Positions 1-13,437 of a DNA stretch of 64,000 bases are shown one piece after another. Position numbers and translations under genes: made by a program. The stretch lies in assembly GCF_009914755.1 (NCBI RefSeq), contig NC_060947.1, one strand, 5' to 3'. The notes beneath the pieces were generated by a model. That model made no database searches. It saw nothing but the letters and a program-made list of their open reading frames with translations, and had not been told where the DNA came from. Each line of letters begins with the position of its first letter. Within the stretch, counting starts at the first letter, position 1. Origin of the DNA: the human T2T-CHM13v2.0 reference genome, Homo sapiens.

Positions 1-2811
1 GGATATTTATCCCCTCAAGCATTTATTACTGGAGTTACAAACAATTCAGTTACACGCTTTAAATTATTTTAAAATGTACGATGAAATTATTATTGACTAT
101 AGTCACCTTATCATGCTATCAAATGGCAGGTCTTATTCATTCTTTCTAACGATTTTTTGGTACACACTAACCGTCTCCACCTCTCCCCCAGCACCCTACT
201 AGTAACCGTCCTCTGGTAACTATTTAATTTAATTGTTTTGATTTTTAAATACCAGAAATGTCAGAACACGCAATGTTTGTCTTACTGTGCTTGGCTTATT
301 TCACTTAATAATCTTCAGTTCGATCCATCTTGTGGCAAATGACAAGGTCTCATTCTTCTTTTAGGGCTGAATGGCACTCCGTTTTGTATATGTACCACAT
401 TTTCTTTATTCAGTCATATGTTGATGGACACCTGCATTTCTTCCAAAACTTAGCTATCGTAAACAGTGCTGCAACAAACATAGGGGTGCATATATCTCTT
501 CGATACACTGATTTCCTTTCTTTTGGGTATATACCCAGCAGTAGCATTGATGGGTCACATAATAGCTCAAATTTTAGTTTTCTGATGAACCTCCAAACTG
601 TTCTCCATAGTGGTTGTACTAATTTACATTCCCACCAACAGTGTACAAGGGTTCTCTTTTCTCCACATCCTTGCCAGCATTTGTTATTGCCTGTCTTTTG
701 AATATAAACCATTTGTTAAAATGAGGTGAGATGATATCACATTATAGTTTTGATTTGCATTCCTCTGATGATCAATGATTTGGAGCACTTTTTCATATTC
801 CTATTTGCCATTTGTCTGTTTCTTTTGAGAAAGTCTATTCTGATCTTTTGCCCATTTTTTGATCAGATTATTAAATTTTTCCTATAGAGTTGTTTGAGCT
901 TCTTATATATTCTGGTTATTAATCCCTTGTCAGATGGGTAGTTTGCAAATATTTTCTCCCATTCTGTGAGTTGTCTTTTCCTTTTGTTGAGTGTATCTTT
1001 TGCTGTGCAGAAGCTTTTTAACTTGATGTGATTCCATTTGTCCATTTTTGCTTTGATTGCCTGTGCATGTAATGTATCAAGGTAGAAATTTTTGCCCCAA
1101 CCAATGTCCTGCAGATTTTCCTCAGTCTTCTTGTAGTAGTTTTGTAGTTTTAGGTCTTACATTTAAGTCTTTAATCCATTTTGATTTTGTTTTTGTATAT
1201 GATGAGAGATGGGGGCTAGATTCATTCTTCTGCATATCGATATTCAATTTTCTTAGCATCTTTTATTGAAGATACTTTATTTTTCCAGTTTATGTTCTTG
1301 GCATCTCTGTTTAAAATGAGTATACTGTGGGTATGTGGATTTATTTCTGCATTCTCTATTCTGCTTCATTGGTCTATGTGTCTGTTTTTTGTGCCAGTAC
1401 CATGCTGTTTTGTTTACTATAGTTCTGTAGTATAATTTGAAGACAGGTAATGTGATTCCTCTACTATTGTTCTTTGGGCTTAGAAAAGCCTTGGCTATTC
1501 TGGGACTTCTGTGGTTCCATATTAACTTTAGGATAGGTTTTTTTCTATTTCTGTGAAGAATGTCATTTGTATTTTGATAGGGATTACATTGAATCTGTAG
1601 ATTACTTTGGGTAGTATGGACATGTTAACAATATTGAGTCTTCCAATCGGTGAAAAATAAAATATTTTTTTCTGTTGTCTTCAGTGTTTTATAGTTTTTA
1701 TTATAGAGATATTTTACTTCTTTGGTTAAATTCCTAGGTATTTTGTTTCGTTTCTGTCTATTGTCAATGAGATTACTTTTTTATTTCATTTTCACATTGT
1801 TCACTGTCAGCATATAGAAGTGCTACTGATTTTTTATCCTGTAAATTTACTGAATTTGTTTATCAGTTCTAATAGTTTTCTTGTGGAGTTTTTAATGAGT
1901 TTCCAAATATAAGATTATATCATCTGCACACAAGGATTAGTTGATTTCCTTTCCAGTTTGGATGTCTTTTATTTATTTCTCTTCTCTGATTGCTCTAGCT
2001 AAGACATCCAGTGTTATATTGAATAACAGTGGTGACAGTGGACATCTGAGTCATGTTCCAGATCTTAGAGAAAAGGCTTTCAGTTTTTTCCCTATTCAGT
2101 ATGATACTAGCTGTGGGTCGTTCATATATGGCTTTTAATATGTTAATGTATATTCCTTCTATCTCAAGTTTTTTGAGTATTTCTATCATAAAGGGATGTG
2201 GATTTTATCAAACGCTTTTTCAGCATCAATTGAAATGATCATATGGACTTTATCCTTCATTCTGTTGATATTGATTTACTGCATTGATTGATTTGCATAT
2301 GTTGAATCATCCTTGTATTCCAGAAATAAATCCTAATTAATCGTGATGAATGATCTTTCTAATGTATTGTTAATTGGTTTGCTAGTATTTTGTTGAATAT
2401 TTTTGAATCAATACTCATCAGAAACATTGGCTTGTAGTTTTCTTTTTTTTAATGTGTCTTTATATTTGGTATTAGAATACTACTACTCTCATAGAATGAA
2501 TTTGCAAGTATTCCCTCCACCTCTAGCTTCTGGAATAGTTTGAGTAGGGTTGGTATTAGTTTTACCTTAAATGTTTGGTAGAGTTCAGCAGTGAAGCCAT
2601 CAATTTCCTGGCTTTTCTATACTGGGAAAATTTTTATTATAGCCTCAAACTCGTTACTTCTTAATTTATCTCTTCGGGTTTTTTGTATTTCTTTCTTGTT
2701 CAATCTCGGTAGGTTGTATGTATGTAGAAATTTGTCCACTTTTTTTTCTAGGTTCTCCAATTTACCAGCATATAGTTGCTCATAGTAGTCAGTATTGATC
2801 CTTTACATTTC
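1..2811 (-). mobile_element. LINE-1 (L1MA1-3-like), 3' UTR and 3' half of ORF2, decayed
   Basis: Minus-strand ORF2 fragments ([26 protein letters not shown]; [15 protein letters not shown]; IYERPTASIILN); L1MA-type 3' UTR at 1-330; resumes at 14512. Confidence 0.9.
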
Positions 2812-3176
2812 TTTTATATTATTATTGCAACAGGATTTGGGGGAACAGGTGATGTTTGGTTACATGAATAAGTTCTTTAGTGGTGATTTCTGAAATTTTG
2901 GTGCACCAATCACCCAGGCAGTGTACACTGTACCCAATGTGTAGTCTTTTATCTATCTCTCCTCTCCCACCCTTTCCCCCAAGTCCTCAAAGTCCATTGT
3001 ATTAATCATATGCCTTTGCATCCTCATAGCTTAGCTCCCACTTATGAGTGAGAGCATACAATGTTTGGCTTTCCATTCCTGAATTACTTCACTTAGAATA
3101 ATGGTCTCCGATTCCATTCAGGTTGCTGCAAATGCCATTATTTTGTTCCTTTTTATGACTGACTAGTATTTCATGA

Positions 3177-3213
<37 letters not shown>

Positions 3214-6200
3214 CACATTTTCTTTATCCACTAATTGATTGATGGGCATTTGGGCTGATCACACACTCTTGCAATTGCAACTACTGCTATAAACATGTGT
3301 GAGCAAGTATCTTCTTTATATGTGACCTCTTTTCCTCTGGATAGATACCCAGAGTGGGACTGCTGGAAAAAATGATAGCTCTATTTTTAGTTCTTTAAGG
3401 AATCTCCACTATTTTCCATAGTGGTTTTCCTAGTTTACATTCCCACCAGCAGTGTAAAAGTGTTCCTTTTTTACCACGTCCCTACCAACATCTATTATTT
3501 TTAGATTTTTTTTAATTATGGCCATTCTTGAAGGAGTAAGGTGGCATTGCATTTTGGTTTTGACTTGTATTTCTCTGATAATTAGTGATGTTGAACATTA
3601 TTTTCATATTTTTTGGCCATTTGTATATCTTCCTTTGAGAATTGTCTATTCATGTCCTTAGCCCACTTGTTGATGGAATTGTTTGTTTTGTTCTTGCTGA
3701 TATGTTTGAGTTCCCTGTAGATTCTGAATATTAGTCCTTTCTCAGATGTATAGATTGTGAAGATTTTTTTCCCACTCTGTGGGTTGTCTGCTAATATTTT
3801 TGTTTTTTTTGCTATGCAGAAGCTTTTTTAGTGTAATTAACTCACATCTATTTATCTTTGTTTTTGTTCTATTTGCTTTTGGGTTCTTGCTCATGAAGTC
3901 TTTGCCTAAGCCAATGTCTAGAGGGGTTCTTCCTATGTTATCTTCTAGAATTTTTATGGTTTCAGGTCTTAGATTTCAGTCTTTGATCCATTTTGAGGTG
4001 ATTTTTGTATAAGGTGAGAGATGAGGATCCAGTTTTATTCTACATGTGGCTTTCAAATATCTCAGCACCATTTGTTGAATAGGGCGTTTTATCACCACTT
4101 TATATTTTTATGTGCTTTGTCGAAGATCAGTTAACTGCAAATATTTGGCTTTATTTTTGGGTTTTCTATTCTTATCCATTCTTTTGTATGCCTGTTTCTA
4201 TACCAGCGCCATGCTGTGTTGGTGACTGTGCCCTTACAGTATAGTTTGAAATGGAATAATGTGATGCCTCCAGATTTGTTCAATTTGCTAAGTTTTGCTT
4301 TGGCTATGTGGGCTCTTTTTTGGTTACAAATGAATTTTAGAATTGCTTTTTCTAGTTCTGTGAATAATAATGATGGTGTTTTGATGAGAATTGCATTGAA
4401 TTTCTATACTGTTTTTGGCAGCGTTGTCACTTTTATAATATTGATTCTACTCATCCATGAGCATGGGATGTGTTTTCATTTGTTTGTGTGTTCTGTGATT
4501 CTTTTCACCAGTGTTTTGTATTTTTCCTTGTAGAGGTCTTCTACATCCTTGGTTAAGTATATTCCTAAGTATTTTATATATTTTTTAGCTATTGCAAAGG
4601 GGTTTGAGTTCATGGTTTGATTCTCAACTTGGTGGCTGTTGGTGTATAGCAGGGATACTGATTTGTGTACATTGATTTTGTATCCTGAAACTTATTTATT
4701 TACCACTTCTAGGAGCTTTTTGGACGAGTCTTTAAGGTTTAAATCATAAAGGAATGCTGGATTTTGTCAAATCCTTTTTCTGAATCTATTGTGAGGATCA
4801 TATAGTTTTTGTTTTTAAATCTGTTTATATGGTATATCACATTTACTGACTTGCATATGTTAAACCTTCCCTATATTTCTTGTATGAAACCCACTTGATC
4901 AAGGTGGATTATCTTTTTCATATGCTATTGGATTCAGTTGAGTAGTATTTTGTTGAGGATTTTTGCATTTACGTTCATCCTGGATATTGGTCTGCAGTTT
5001 TCTTTTTTTGTTATGTCATTTCCTGGTTTTGGTATTAGGGTGATACTGGCTTCATAGAATTATTTAGGGGTGCTTCCCTTTTCTATTGTGGAATGGTGTC
5101 AATAAGATTGATAAAAATTCTGTGAATGTCTGATATAATTCAGCTGTGAATCCATCTGGTCCTGGATCTTTTTTTCGTTGTTGCTATCTTTTTAATTACC
5201 ATTTCAATCTTCCTGCTTGTTATTGGTCTATTCAGAGTTTCTATTTCTCCTGGTTTAATCTAAGAGGGTTTTATATTTCCAAGAATTTATTCATCTCCTC
5301 TAGGTTTCCTAGTTTATGCACATAAACATATTCATAGTAGCCTTGAATGGTCTTTTGTATTTCTGTGGGATCAGTTATAATATATCCCCTTTCATCTCTA
5401 ACTGAGTTTATTTGGGTCTTCTCTCTTTTTTTCTTGGTTAATCTCACTAATGGTCTATAAATTTTGTTTATCTTTCCAAAGAAGCAGCTTTTTTCCTTCA
5501 CTTATCTTTTATATATTTTTTGTTTGTTTCAATTTCATTTAGTTCTGCTCTGATCTTGGTTATTTGTTTTCTTCTGCTGGTTTTGGGTTTGGTTTGTTAT
5601 TGTTTCTATAGCTCCTTTACATGTGACCATAGGTTGTCTATTCGTGCTGTTATAGACTTTTTATGTAGGCATTTAACGCTATGAACTGTCTTCTTAGCAC
5701 TTACTTTTCTGTATTCCAGAGGTTTTCATAACTTGTGTCTCTTTTATTATTCAGTTTAAAGAATACTTTATTTCCAATTTGATTTTGTTGTTTACACAAC
5801 AATCGTTCTGGAGGTTATTTAATTTTCATGTATTTGCATGGTTTTGAGGGTTTGACTGTTGAAGTTGATTTCCAATTTTATTGCACTGTAGTCTGAGAGA
5901 GTACTTGTTATAATTTCAATTTTCTTAAATTTGTTGAGACTTGTTTTGTGGCCTATCATATAGTCTATCTTAGATAATTTTCCATGCACTGATGAATGGA
6001 ATGTATATTCTGCAGTTGTTGGGTAGAATGTTCTATAAATATCTGTTAAGTCCATTTGTTCTAGGTTATAGTTTAAGTCTATTGTCTCTTTGTTAACTTT
6101 CTCTCTTGATGACCTGTCTAGTGCTGTCATGGGAGTATAGAAGTCCCCCACTATTATTGTGTTGCTTTCTATCTCATTACTTAGGTCTAGAAGTAATTGT

Positions 6201-7269
6201 TTTATGAATTTGGGAGCTCCAGTTTTAGGTGAATATGTATTTAGGATTGTGATATTCTCCTGTTGGACTACTCATTTATCATTATATCATGTCCCTCTTT
6301 GTGTTTTTTAACTGCTGCTGCTTTAAAGTTTATTTTTTCTGATATAAGAATAGCTATTCCTGTTCACTTTCAGTGTCCATTTGCATGAAATATGTTTCTC
6401 CACCACTTTATTTTAAATTTTTGTGACTCCTTATGTGTCAGGTGAGTATATTGAGGACAGCAGATACTTGGGTGGTGAATTATTATCTGTTTGTCATTCT
6501 GTATCTTTTCAGTGGAGCATTTCAGTGATTTACATTCAATGTTAGTGTTGAGAAGTGAGGTTCTTTTCTATTCATTTTTCTATGTGTTGCCTAAGTACTT
6601 TGTTTTATTTTTCATTGTGTTATTGTTTTCCAGGTCCTGGGAGATTAATGCTTTAAGGAGATTATATTTTGGTGATTTTCAAGGATTTTTTTTCAAGATT
6701 TAGAGCTCCTTTCAGCAGTTCTTGTAGTTCTGGCTTGATAGTGGTGAATTATTTCAGCATTTGTCTAAAAAATGCTGTATCTTTTCTTCATTTATGAAAC
6801 TCAGTTTCATTAGATACAAAATTCTTGGCTGATAATTGTTTTGTTTAAGAAAGCTAAAGATAAAACCTCAATCCCTTCTAGCTGGTAGGGTTTCTGCTGA
6901 CAAGGCTGCTGTTAATCTGAGAGGTTTTTCTTTATAGGTTACCTGATGTTTTTGACTTACAGCTCTTAAGATTATTTCCATCATCTTTACTTTAGATAAG
7001 ATGATGACTATGTGCCTAGGTGATAATGTTATTGCGATGAATTTTCTGGGTTTTCTTTGAGCTTCATGTATTTGGATGTCTCAACCTCTAGCAAGGCTGG
7101 AGAAGTTTTTCATGATTATTCCCTCAAATACATTTTCCAAAATTTTAGATTCCCCTTCTTCCTCAGGAACATCAATTATTGTTAGGTTTGGTAATTTAAC
7201 ATAATCCCAAATTTCTTGGAGGCTTTGTTTATTTTAAAAAATTCTTTTTCATTGTTTTTTGTTGGATTG
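2812..7269 (-). mobile_element. LINE-1 L1PB, 3' UTR, ORF2 and part of ORF1 (3' part of a near-full-length element)
   Basis: L1PB 3' end (ggggaacaggtgatgtttggttacatgaataagttctttagtggtg); endonuclease fragment MGDFYTPMTALDRSS...KIDYMIGHK; TSD ttgatcctttacatttc 2795-2811 vs ttgatcttttaaatttc 14512-14528 (15/17); internal deletion near 4740. Confidence 0.9.
3181..3210. repeat. (TG)15 microsatellite inside the L1PB
   Basis: Perfect dinucleotide run read directly. Confidence 0.97.
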
Positions 7270-7719
7270 CTGGACGGTTAATATTGAGTGTCAACTAGAA
7301 TGGATTGAAGAATGCAAAGTATTGTTCCTGGGTGTGTCTTTGAGGGCACTGCCAAAGGAGATTAACATTTGAGTCTAGGGACTGGGAAAGGCAGATCCAC
7401 CCTCAATCTGGGTGGGCCCAATCTAATCAGCTGCCAGTGTGGCCAGAATAAAAGCAGGAAGAGGAGTGTGAAAAAACTAGACTGGCTTAGCCTCTGAGCC
7501 TACATCTTTGTCCCATGCTGGATACTTCCTGCCTTCAAACATTGGACACCAAGTTCTTTAGCTTTGAGACTTGTACTGGCTTCCTTGCTCCTCAGCTTAT
7601 GGACAGCCTATTGTGGAACCTCACCTTGTGATCGTGTGAGTTAATACTTTATAATAAACTCCTTTTATATATACATCATTTTATTACTTCTGTCTATCTA
7701 GAAAACCCTGACTAATACA
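7270..7719 (+). mobile_element. 5' LTR (MLT2A1-like, 450 bp)
   Basis: ggttaatattgagtgtcaac...ccctgactaataca; AATAAA near 7653; 13 mismatches in 138 aligned nt vs the 3' LTR (start of LTR, counted by eye). Confidence 0.92.
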
Positions 7720-7724
7720 GATCT

Positions 7725-7742
7725 TGGTACCAGGAGGGGTTC
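7725..7742 (+). promoter_or_regulatory. Primer-binding site complementary to the tRNA-Leu 3' end
   Basis: TGGTACCAGGAGGGGT directly after the LTR; first 12 nt match the reverse complement of tRNA-Leu(TAA) ...CTCCTGGTACCA. Confidence 0.85.
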
Positions 7743-7811
7743 TAGAGGAAAAGAACATTAAGGCTGCAGTCATTTCACTGGTTTTGGGGTTCCTGGAGTT
7801 TGCTGCTTAAT

Positions 7812-9103
7812 ATGATTAGACCCCAAAATGCTAAGGACTCTACTTCGAATAGTATGGAGAACAATGATAGTCCTTGGTGTGAACTGTTTAAAGGGTTATG
7901 CAAAATAAGTGCATTTGATACTCCTGACTCAGCATTTGTGAGAGGCAAGACGTTTAGTGAATCTGTACATAACACTTTTGACCATATGTGGAAAACCAAA
8001 AAATATAACCAAGTTGATTGATTGCTCCTAAGTTCACTGGACAAAATGATGAAAAAACAATCATGAACTCAGGGATTCTGTCTCCCAGCTTCAGAAGCAG
8101 GTACTGAGCCTCAAATCTTCTAAGATTGCGTGGAGTCAGAATCTTATCTCCTGCAGAGGAAGAGCTGAAATTTCAGAAAATCAGACACAAGCTCTTATCA
8201 TGCAAGTGGCTGACCTGCAACAAAAGGTGCACTCACAGCCTCACCAGATGTCTACTGTTAAAGTAAGGGCATTGATTGTAAAAGAATGGGACCCTGCACC
8301 TTGGAATGGGAACGTGGGGGAGGACACTGATGAAGCTGGGGACACTGAGCTTGTAAACTCTGATGAGTTAAAAAAAGGTTCTATTAGTTTATTTTCTTGG
8401 TTAGCAGAAATGTGGATTAAAAGATGGCCCGCTGTGAGCGAACTAGAAATGTCTGATCTGCCTTGGTTTAATATACAGAAATGGATCCAAAGGCTTAGGG
8501 AGATTGGGGTGCAGAAGTGGATTAGTCACTTTAGACCTTCAAATGCCAGCTGGGAGGGTCCAGAGAATATACCCTTGACCAATACTTTGCAAAATAGATT
8601 TGTGAGGGGAACACCTGCATCTTTGAAGAGCACTGTGATTGCTCTTCTCTGTATGACAGATCGAACAGTGGAAACCGCAGTCACTGAACTACAAAATTGA
8701 ATGCAATAGGAATAATTGGATTTCGAGGAAGCAGGGGCCAAGTGGCAGCACTAACTGTTAAAGACAACTGTCAAAGACAAGGTGGGCATAGCTACCATAA
8801 TGGACAGCAGAGGCAAAGCAGCAATCAGAATAGTTTGACTCACATAGAGCTCTGGCATTGGCTAATTATGGTGTTCCTAAAAGTGAAATTGATAGGAAGC
8901 CTATTGCATTCTTACTTAATTTATATAAGCAGAAAACTTCCAGATTGAGTGGACAAAAGACTAATTTGAAATATAAAAACAGAATCACAACCCCTCAATC
9001 AATTTCCAGACTCGAGCCAGTTTACAGACCAAGAACTCCTGGAATGAAAGGGAGGCTAGGTGCCCTTGAGAAGGTACCCCACTACACTACCAAAAATGTG
9101 TGA
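7812..9103 (+). pseudogene. gag: HERV-L gag, disrupted, with an internal deletion near 8367
   Basis: MIRPQNAKDSTSNSMENNDSPW; KVRALIVKEWDP; WEGPENIPLTN; split over several frames by stops and frameshifts. Confidence 0.85.
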
Positions 9104-9149
9104 TGTTAATCTTTCTCCCATCCCTCCCCAAGGAGACCTCCTTTTACCA

Positions 9150-9480
9150 GGGTAACTGTGCACTGGGGAAAGGGAAATGATAGGATCTTTCAGGGACTAC
9201 TGGACACTGGCTCTGAGCTGACGTTGATTCCAGTGGACCCAAGATGTCAGGTCCTCCAGTTAAAGTAGGGGCTTGGCGGGGGGTGAGGTAATTAATGAAG
9301 TTTTAGCTTAGGTACGACTTACAGTCAGTCCAGTGGGTCCCTGAACTCATCCTGTGTGGTCATTTCCCAGTGCCAGTATGTGTACTTATCATAGACATAC
9401 TTAGTAGCTGGCAGAACCCCCATATTGACTCCCTGACTGGTAGGGTGAGAGCTATTATGGTGAAAAAGGCCAAATGGAAG
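9150..9480 (+). pseudogene. pro: HERV-L aspartic protease, disrupted
   Basis: LLDTGSELTLIP (DTG at 9203-9211); IIDILSSWQNPH. Confidence 0.85.
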
Positions 9481-12090
9481 CCATTAGAGCTGACTCCACA
9501 TAGAAAAATAGTAAATCAAAAACAATATTGCATCGTTGGAGGGATTGAGGAGATTAGTGCAAGCATCAAAGACTTGAAAGATGCAGGGGTGATGATTTCC
9601 ACCACAACTCTCCTATTTGGCCTGTGCAGAAGAGAGATGGATATTGGAGAATGACAGTGGATTATCATAAGCTTAACCAAGTGATGACTCCAATTGCAGC
9701 TGCTGTACTAGAAGTGGTTTTATTGCTTGAACAGATTAACACATTTCCTGATACCTGGTATGTAGCCATTGATTTGGCAAATGCCTTTTTCTCCCATTCC
9801 TGTCCATAAGGCCCATGAGAAGCAATTTGCCTTCAGCTGGCAAGGACAGAAATACACCTTCACTCTCCTATCTCAGGGGTATATTAACTCTCCAGCTCTG
9901 TGTCATAACCTTGTTCAGAGAGACCTTGATCACTTTTTCCTTGCACAAGATATCACACTGGTCTATTACATTGATGATATTATGCTGATTGTATCCAGTG
10001 AGCAAGAAGTAGCAAATACACTGGACTTATTGGTGAGACATTTGCAAGCCAGAGGATGGAAAATAAATCCAACTAAAATTTAGGGAACTTCTACCTCAGT
10101 AAAATTTCTCGGGGTCCAGTTGTGTGGGGCCTGTCAAGATATTCTTTCTAAAATGAAGGATAAGTTGCTGCATCTGGCCCCTCCTACAACCAAGTAAGAG
10201 GCACAGTGCCTAGTGGGCCTACTTGGCTTTTAGAGGCAACACATTCCTTATCTTGGTGTGTCACTCTGGCCCATTTATGGAGTGACCAGAAAGGCTGCCA
10301 GTTTTGAGTGGGGTGCTTAAAGCTCTGCAACAGGTCCAGGCTGCTGTGCAAGCTACTCTGCCACTTGGGCTATATGACCTAGCAGACTCAGTGGTGCTTG
10401 AGGTGTCAGTGGCAGATAGGGATGCTGTTTGCAGCCTTTGGCAGGCCCCCATAGGTGAATCACAGAGGAGGCCTCTAGGATTTTGGAGGAAGGCCCTGCC
10501 ATCTCCTGCAGATAACTACTCTTCCTTTGAGAGACAGCTCTTGGCCTATTACTGGACTTTGGTGGAAACTGAACGTTTGACTATGGGTCATCAAGTCACC
10601 ATGTGACCTGAACTGCCTATTATGAACTGCATGCTTTCTCACCCATCTAGCCATAAAGTGGGATGTGTACAGCAGCATTCCAAAATCAAATAAAAGTCAT
10701 ATATATGTGATCGGGCTTGAGCAGGTCCTAAAGGCACAAGTAAGTTACATGAGAAAGTAGCTCAAATACCCAAGGTCCACTTCTGCCATCCTGCCTTCTC
10801 TCCCCCAGCTTGCACCAATGGCCTCATGGGTGCAATCAGTTGACAGAGGAAGAGAAGATTAGGGCCTGGTTCACAGAGGTTTCTTCATGATATGCAGGCA
10901 CCACCCGAAAGTGGACAGCTGCAGCACTACAGCCCCTATCTATAACATCCTTGAAGGAAAGCAGTGAAGGGAAATCTTCCTGGTGGGCAGAACTTCGGGC
11001 AGTGCACCTGGTTGTGCACTTTTCATGGAAGGAGAAATGGCCAGATGTGCGATTATATACTGATTCATGGGCTGTAGCCAATGGTTTGGCTGGATGGTCA
11101 GGGACTTGGAAGAAGCAAAATTGGAAATTGGTGACAAAGAAATTTGGGGAAGAGGTATGTGGATGGACCTCTCTTAGTGGTCAAACACTGTAAAAATATT
11201 TGTATCCCATGTGAGGGCTCACCAAAGGGTGACTTCAGCAGAGGAGGATTTTAATAATCAAATGGATAGGATGACTCATTCTGTGGACACCACTCAGCTT
11301 CTTTCCCCAGCCACCCCTTTCATTCCCCCAAGGGGCCCATGAACAAAGCGGCCATGGTGGCATGGATGGAAGTTCCACATGGGCTCAGCAACATGGACTT
11401 CCACTCACCAAAGCTGACCTGGCTAGAGCCACTGCTGAGTGCCCAATTTGCCAGCTGCAGAGACCAACTCTGAGCCCTTGATATGGCACAATTCCTTGGG
11501 GTGATCAGTCAGCTACTTGGTAGCAGGTTGATTATATTGGACCTCTTCCATCATGGAAAGGGCAGAGGTTTGTCCCCACTGGAATAGAAACCTACTCCAG
11601 ATATGGGTTTGCCTATCTTTCATGCAATGCTTCTGCCATGAATGCCATCCGTGGACTGACTGAATGCCTTGTTCACCATCATGGTATTACACACAGCATT
11701 GCCCCTGAGCAAGGCACTCATTTTATGGCAAAAGAAGTGCAGCAGTGGGCTTATGCTCATGGAATTCACTGGTCTTACCATATTCCCCATCATCCTGATG
11801 CAGCTGGATTGATAGAACGGTGGAATGACCTTTTGAAGTCACAATTACAATGCCAACTAGGTGACAATACTTTGAAGGGCTGGGGCACAGTTCTTCACAA
11901 GGCTGTGTATGCTCTGAATCAGCATCCAATATTTGGTACTGTTTCTCCCATAGCCAGGATTCAGGGGTCCAGGAATCAAGGGGTGGAAGTGTAAGTGGCA
12001 CCACTCACCATCACCCCAAGTGACCCACTAGCAAAATTTTTGCTTCCTGTTCCCGTAACATTACATTCTGCTGACTTAGAGGTCTTAGTT
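9480..12090 (+). pseudogene. pol: HERV-L pol (RT, RNase H, integrase), disrupted
   Basis: [31 protein letters not shown] (9967-9978); RNase H WAELRAV and LYTDSW; integrase HEQSGH...CPIC, VDYIGPL, GLIERWN; many stops. Confidence 0.92.
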
Positions 12091-12094
12091 CCAG

Positions 12095-12470
12095 AGGGAT
12101 GAACTCTGCCACCAGGAGGCACCACAATGATTATATTAAACTGGAAGTTAAGATTGCCACCTGGCCACTTTGGGCTCCTCCTACCTTTAAGTCAACAGGC
12201 TAAGAAGGGAGTTACAATGTTGGCTGAAGTGATTGACCTGCACTGTCACGATAAAATTAGTCTACTATTCCACAATTGAGGTAAGGGAGATTATGCTTGT
12301 AATGTAGGAGATCTCTTAGGGTGTCTCTTAGTATTACCATGCAATTTGATTGAGGTCAATGGGAAACTGCAACAGCCCATTCCAGGCAGGACTACAAATG
12401 GCCCAGACACTTCAGGAATGAAAGTTTGGGTCACTTCACCAGGTAAAATCACGACTTGCTATGGTGCTTG
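12095..12470 (+). pseudogene. HERV-L dUTPase remnant downstream of integrase
   Basis: LPPGGTTMIILNWKLRLPPGHFGLL...KKGVTMLAEVID; a post-integrase dUTPase is characteristic of ERV-L. Confidence 0.8.
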
Positions 12471-12875
12471 CTGAAGACAGAGGTAATACAAAATGGGTAG
12501 TAGAAGAAGGTAGTCAATACCAGCTATGACCAGAAGACCAGCTGCTGAAACGATGACTGTAATTGACATGAGTATTTCCTCCTTATTTAGTTAAGAACAT
12601 GTTTGTTCATGTATACACTTGTACTAGGAAAATATCTTCAGTGTTTTTTCCTTTATCCTTTATCATGTGACATAAGATTTATTAATTTCATATCAGCATT
12701 TAAGTGTTGTTAACTTTATGTAATAGCATTTGTGTCAGGGATTGGTGCATTTCCAGTTGTATGAAGGATAGTTGTATTATGTTAGGCATAATTATGACCT
12801 TATTATTGTCTTTATTTAAAGATTATGTATGATTTCAGAAGATATGTATGGGTTCAAGTTGACAAGGATTGGACT

Positions 12876-13437
12876 TGTGATGGTTAATATTTAGTGTCAA
12901 CTTGATTGGATTGAAGGATGCAAAGTATTGTTCCTTGGTGTGTCTCTGAGGGTGTTGCCAAAGGAGATTAACATTTGAGTCAGTGGACTGGGAAAGGCAG
13001 ATCCACCCTCAATTTGGGTAGGTGCAATGTAATCAGCTGCCAGCATGGCCAGAATAAAAGCTGGCAGAAGAATGTGAAAAGATTAGACTGTCTTAGCCTC
13101 CGAGCCTACATCTTTCTCCCATGCTGGATGCTTCCTGCCCTTGAACTTCCAACACCAAATTATTTAGCTTTGGGACTCTTACTGGCTTTCTTGCTTCTCA
13201 GCTTGCAGACAGCCTATTCCGGGACCTCACCTCGTGAGCGTGTGCGTTAATACTTCTTATTAAGCTCCCCTTTATATATATATATACACGTATATATATA
13301 CGTATAAATATACGTATATACGTATATATGTACATATATACGTGTGTATATATGTACATATATGTATATATATACGTGTGTGTATATATATATATATGTT
13401 ATTGGTTCTGTCCCTCTAGAGAATCCTGACTAATACA
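12876..13437 (+). mobile_element. 3' LTR (MLT2A1-like) with an expanded TA/RY microsatellite
   Basis: tgtgatggttaata...ctgactaataca; preceded by PPT-like gacaaggattggact; RY tract at 13273-13398. Confidence 0.93.

Larger units (their letters stand above)
7270..13437 (+). mobile_element. HERV-L (ERVL) provirus with two MLT2A1-type LTRs, no env
   Basis: Paired LTRs, Leu PBS, gag/pro/RT/RNaseH/IN/dUTPase remnants, PPT; 5-bp TSD gattg 7265-7269 / gatag 13438-13442; removing it rejoins the L1 (gttggattg|ggttaattc). Confidence 0.95.

Noticed and set aside
7725-7742. tRNA-like sequence as a tRNA gene
   Set aside because: Only the retroviral primer-binding site; no tRNA body
7800-12470. Functional or domesticated HERV-L gag/pol
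   Set aside because: Many stops and frameshifts; longest piece is 166 aa; the integrase second Asp region reads APEQG
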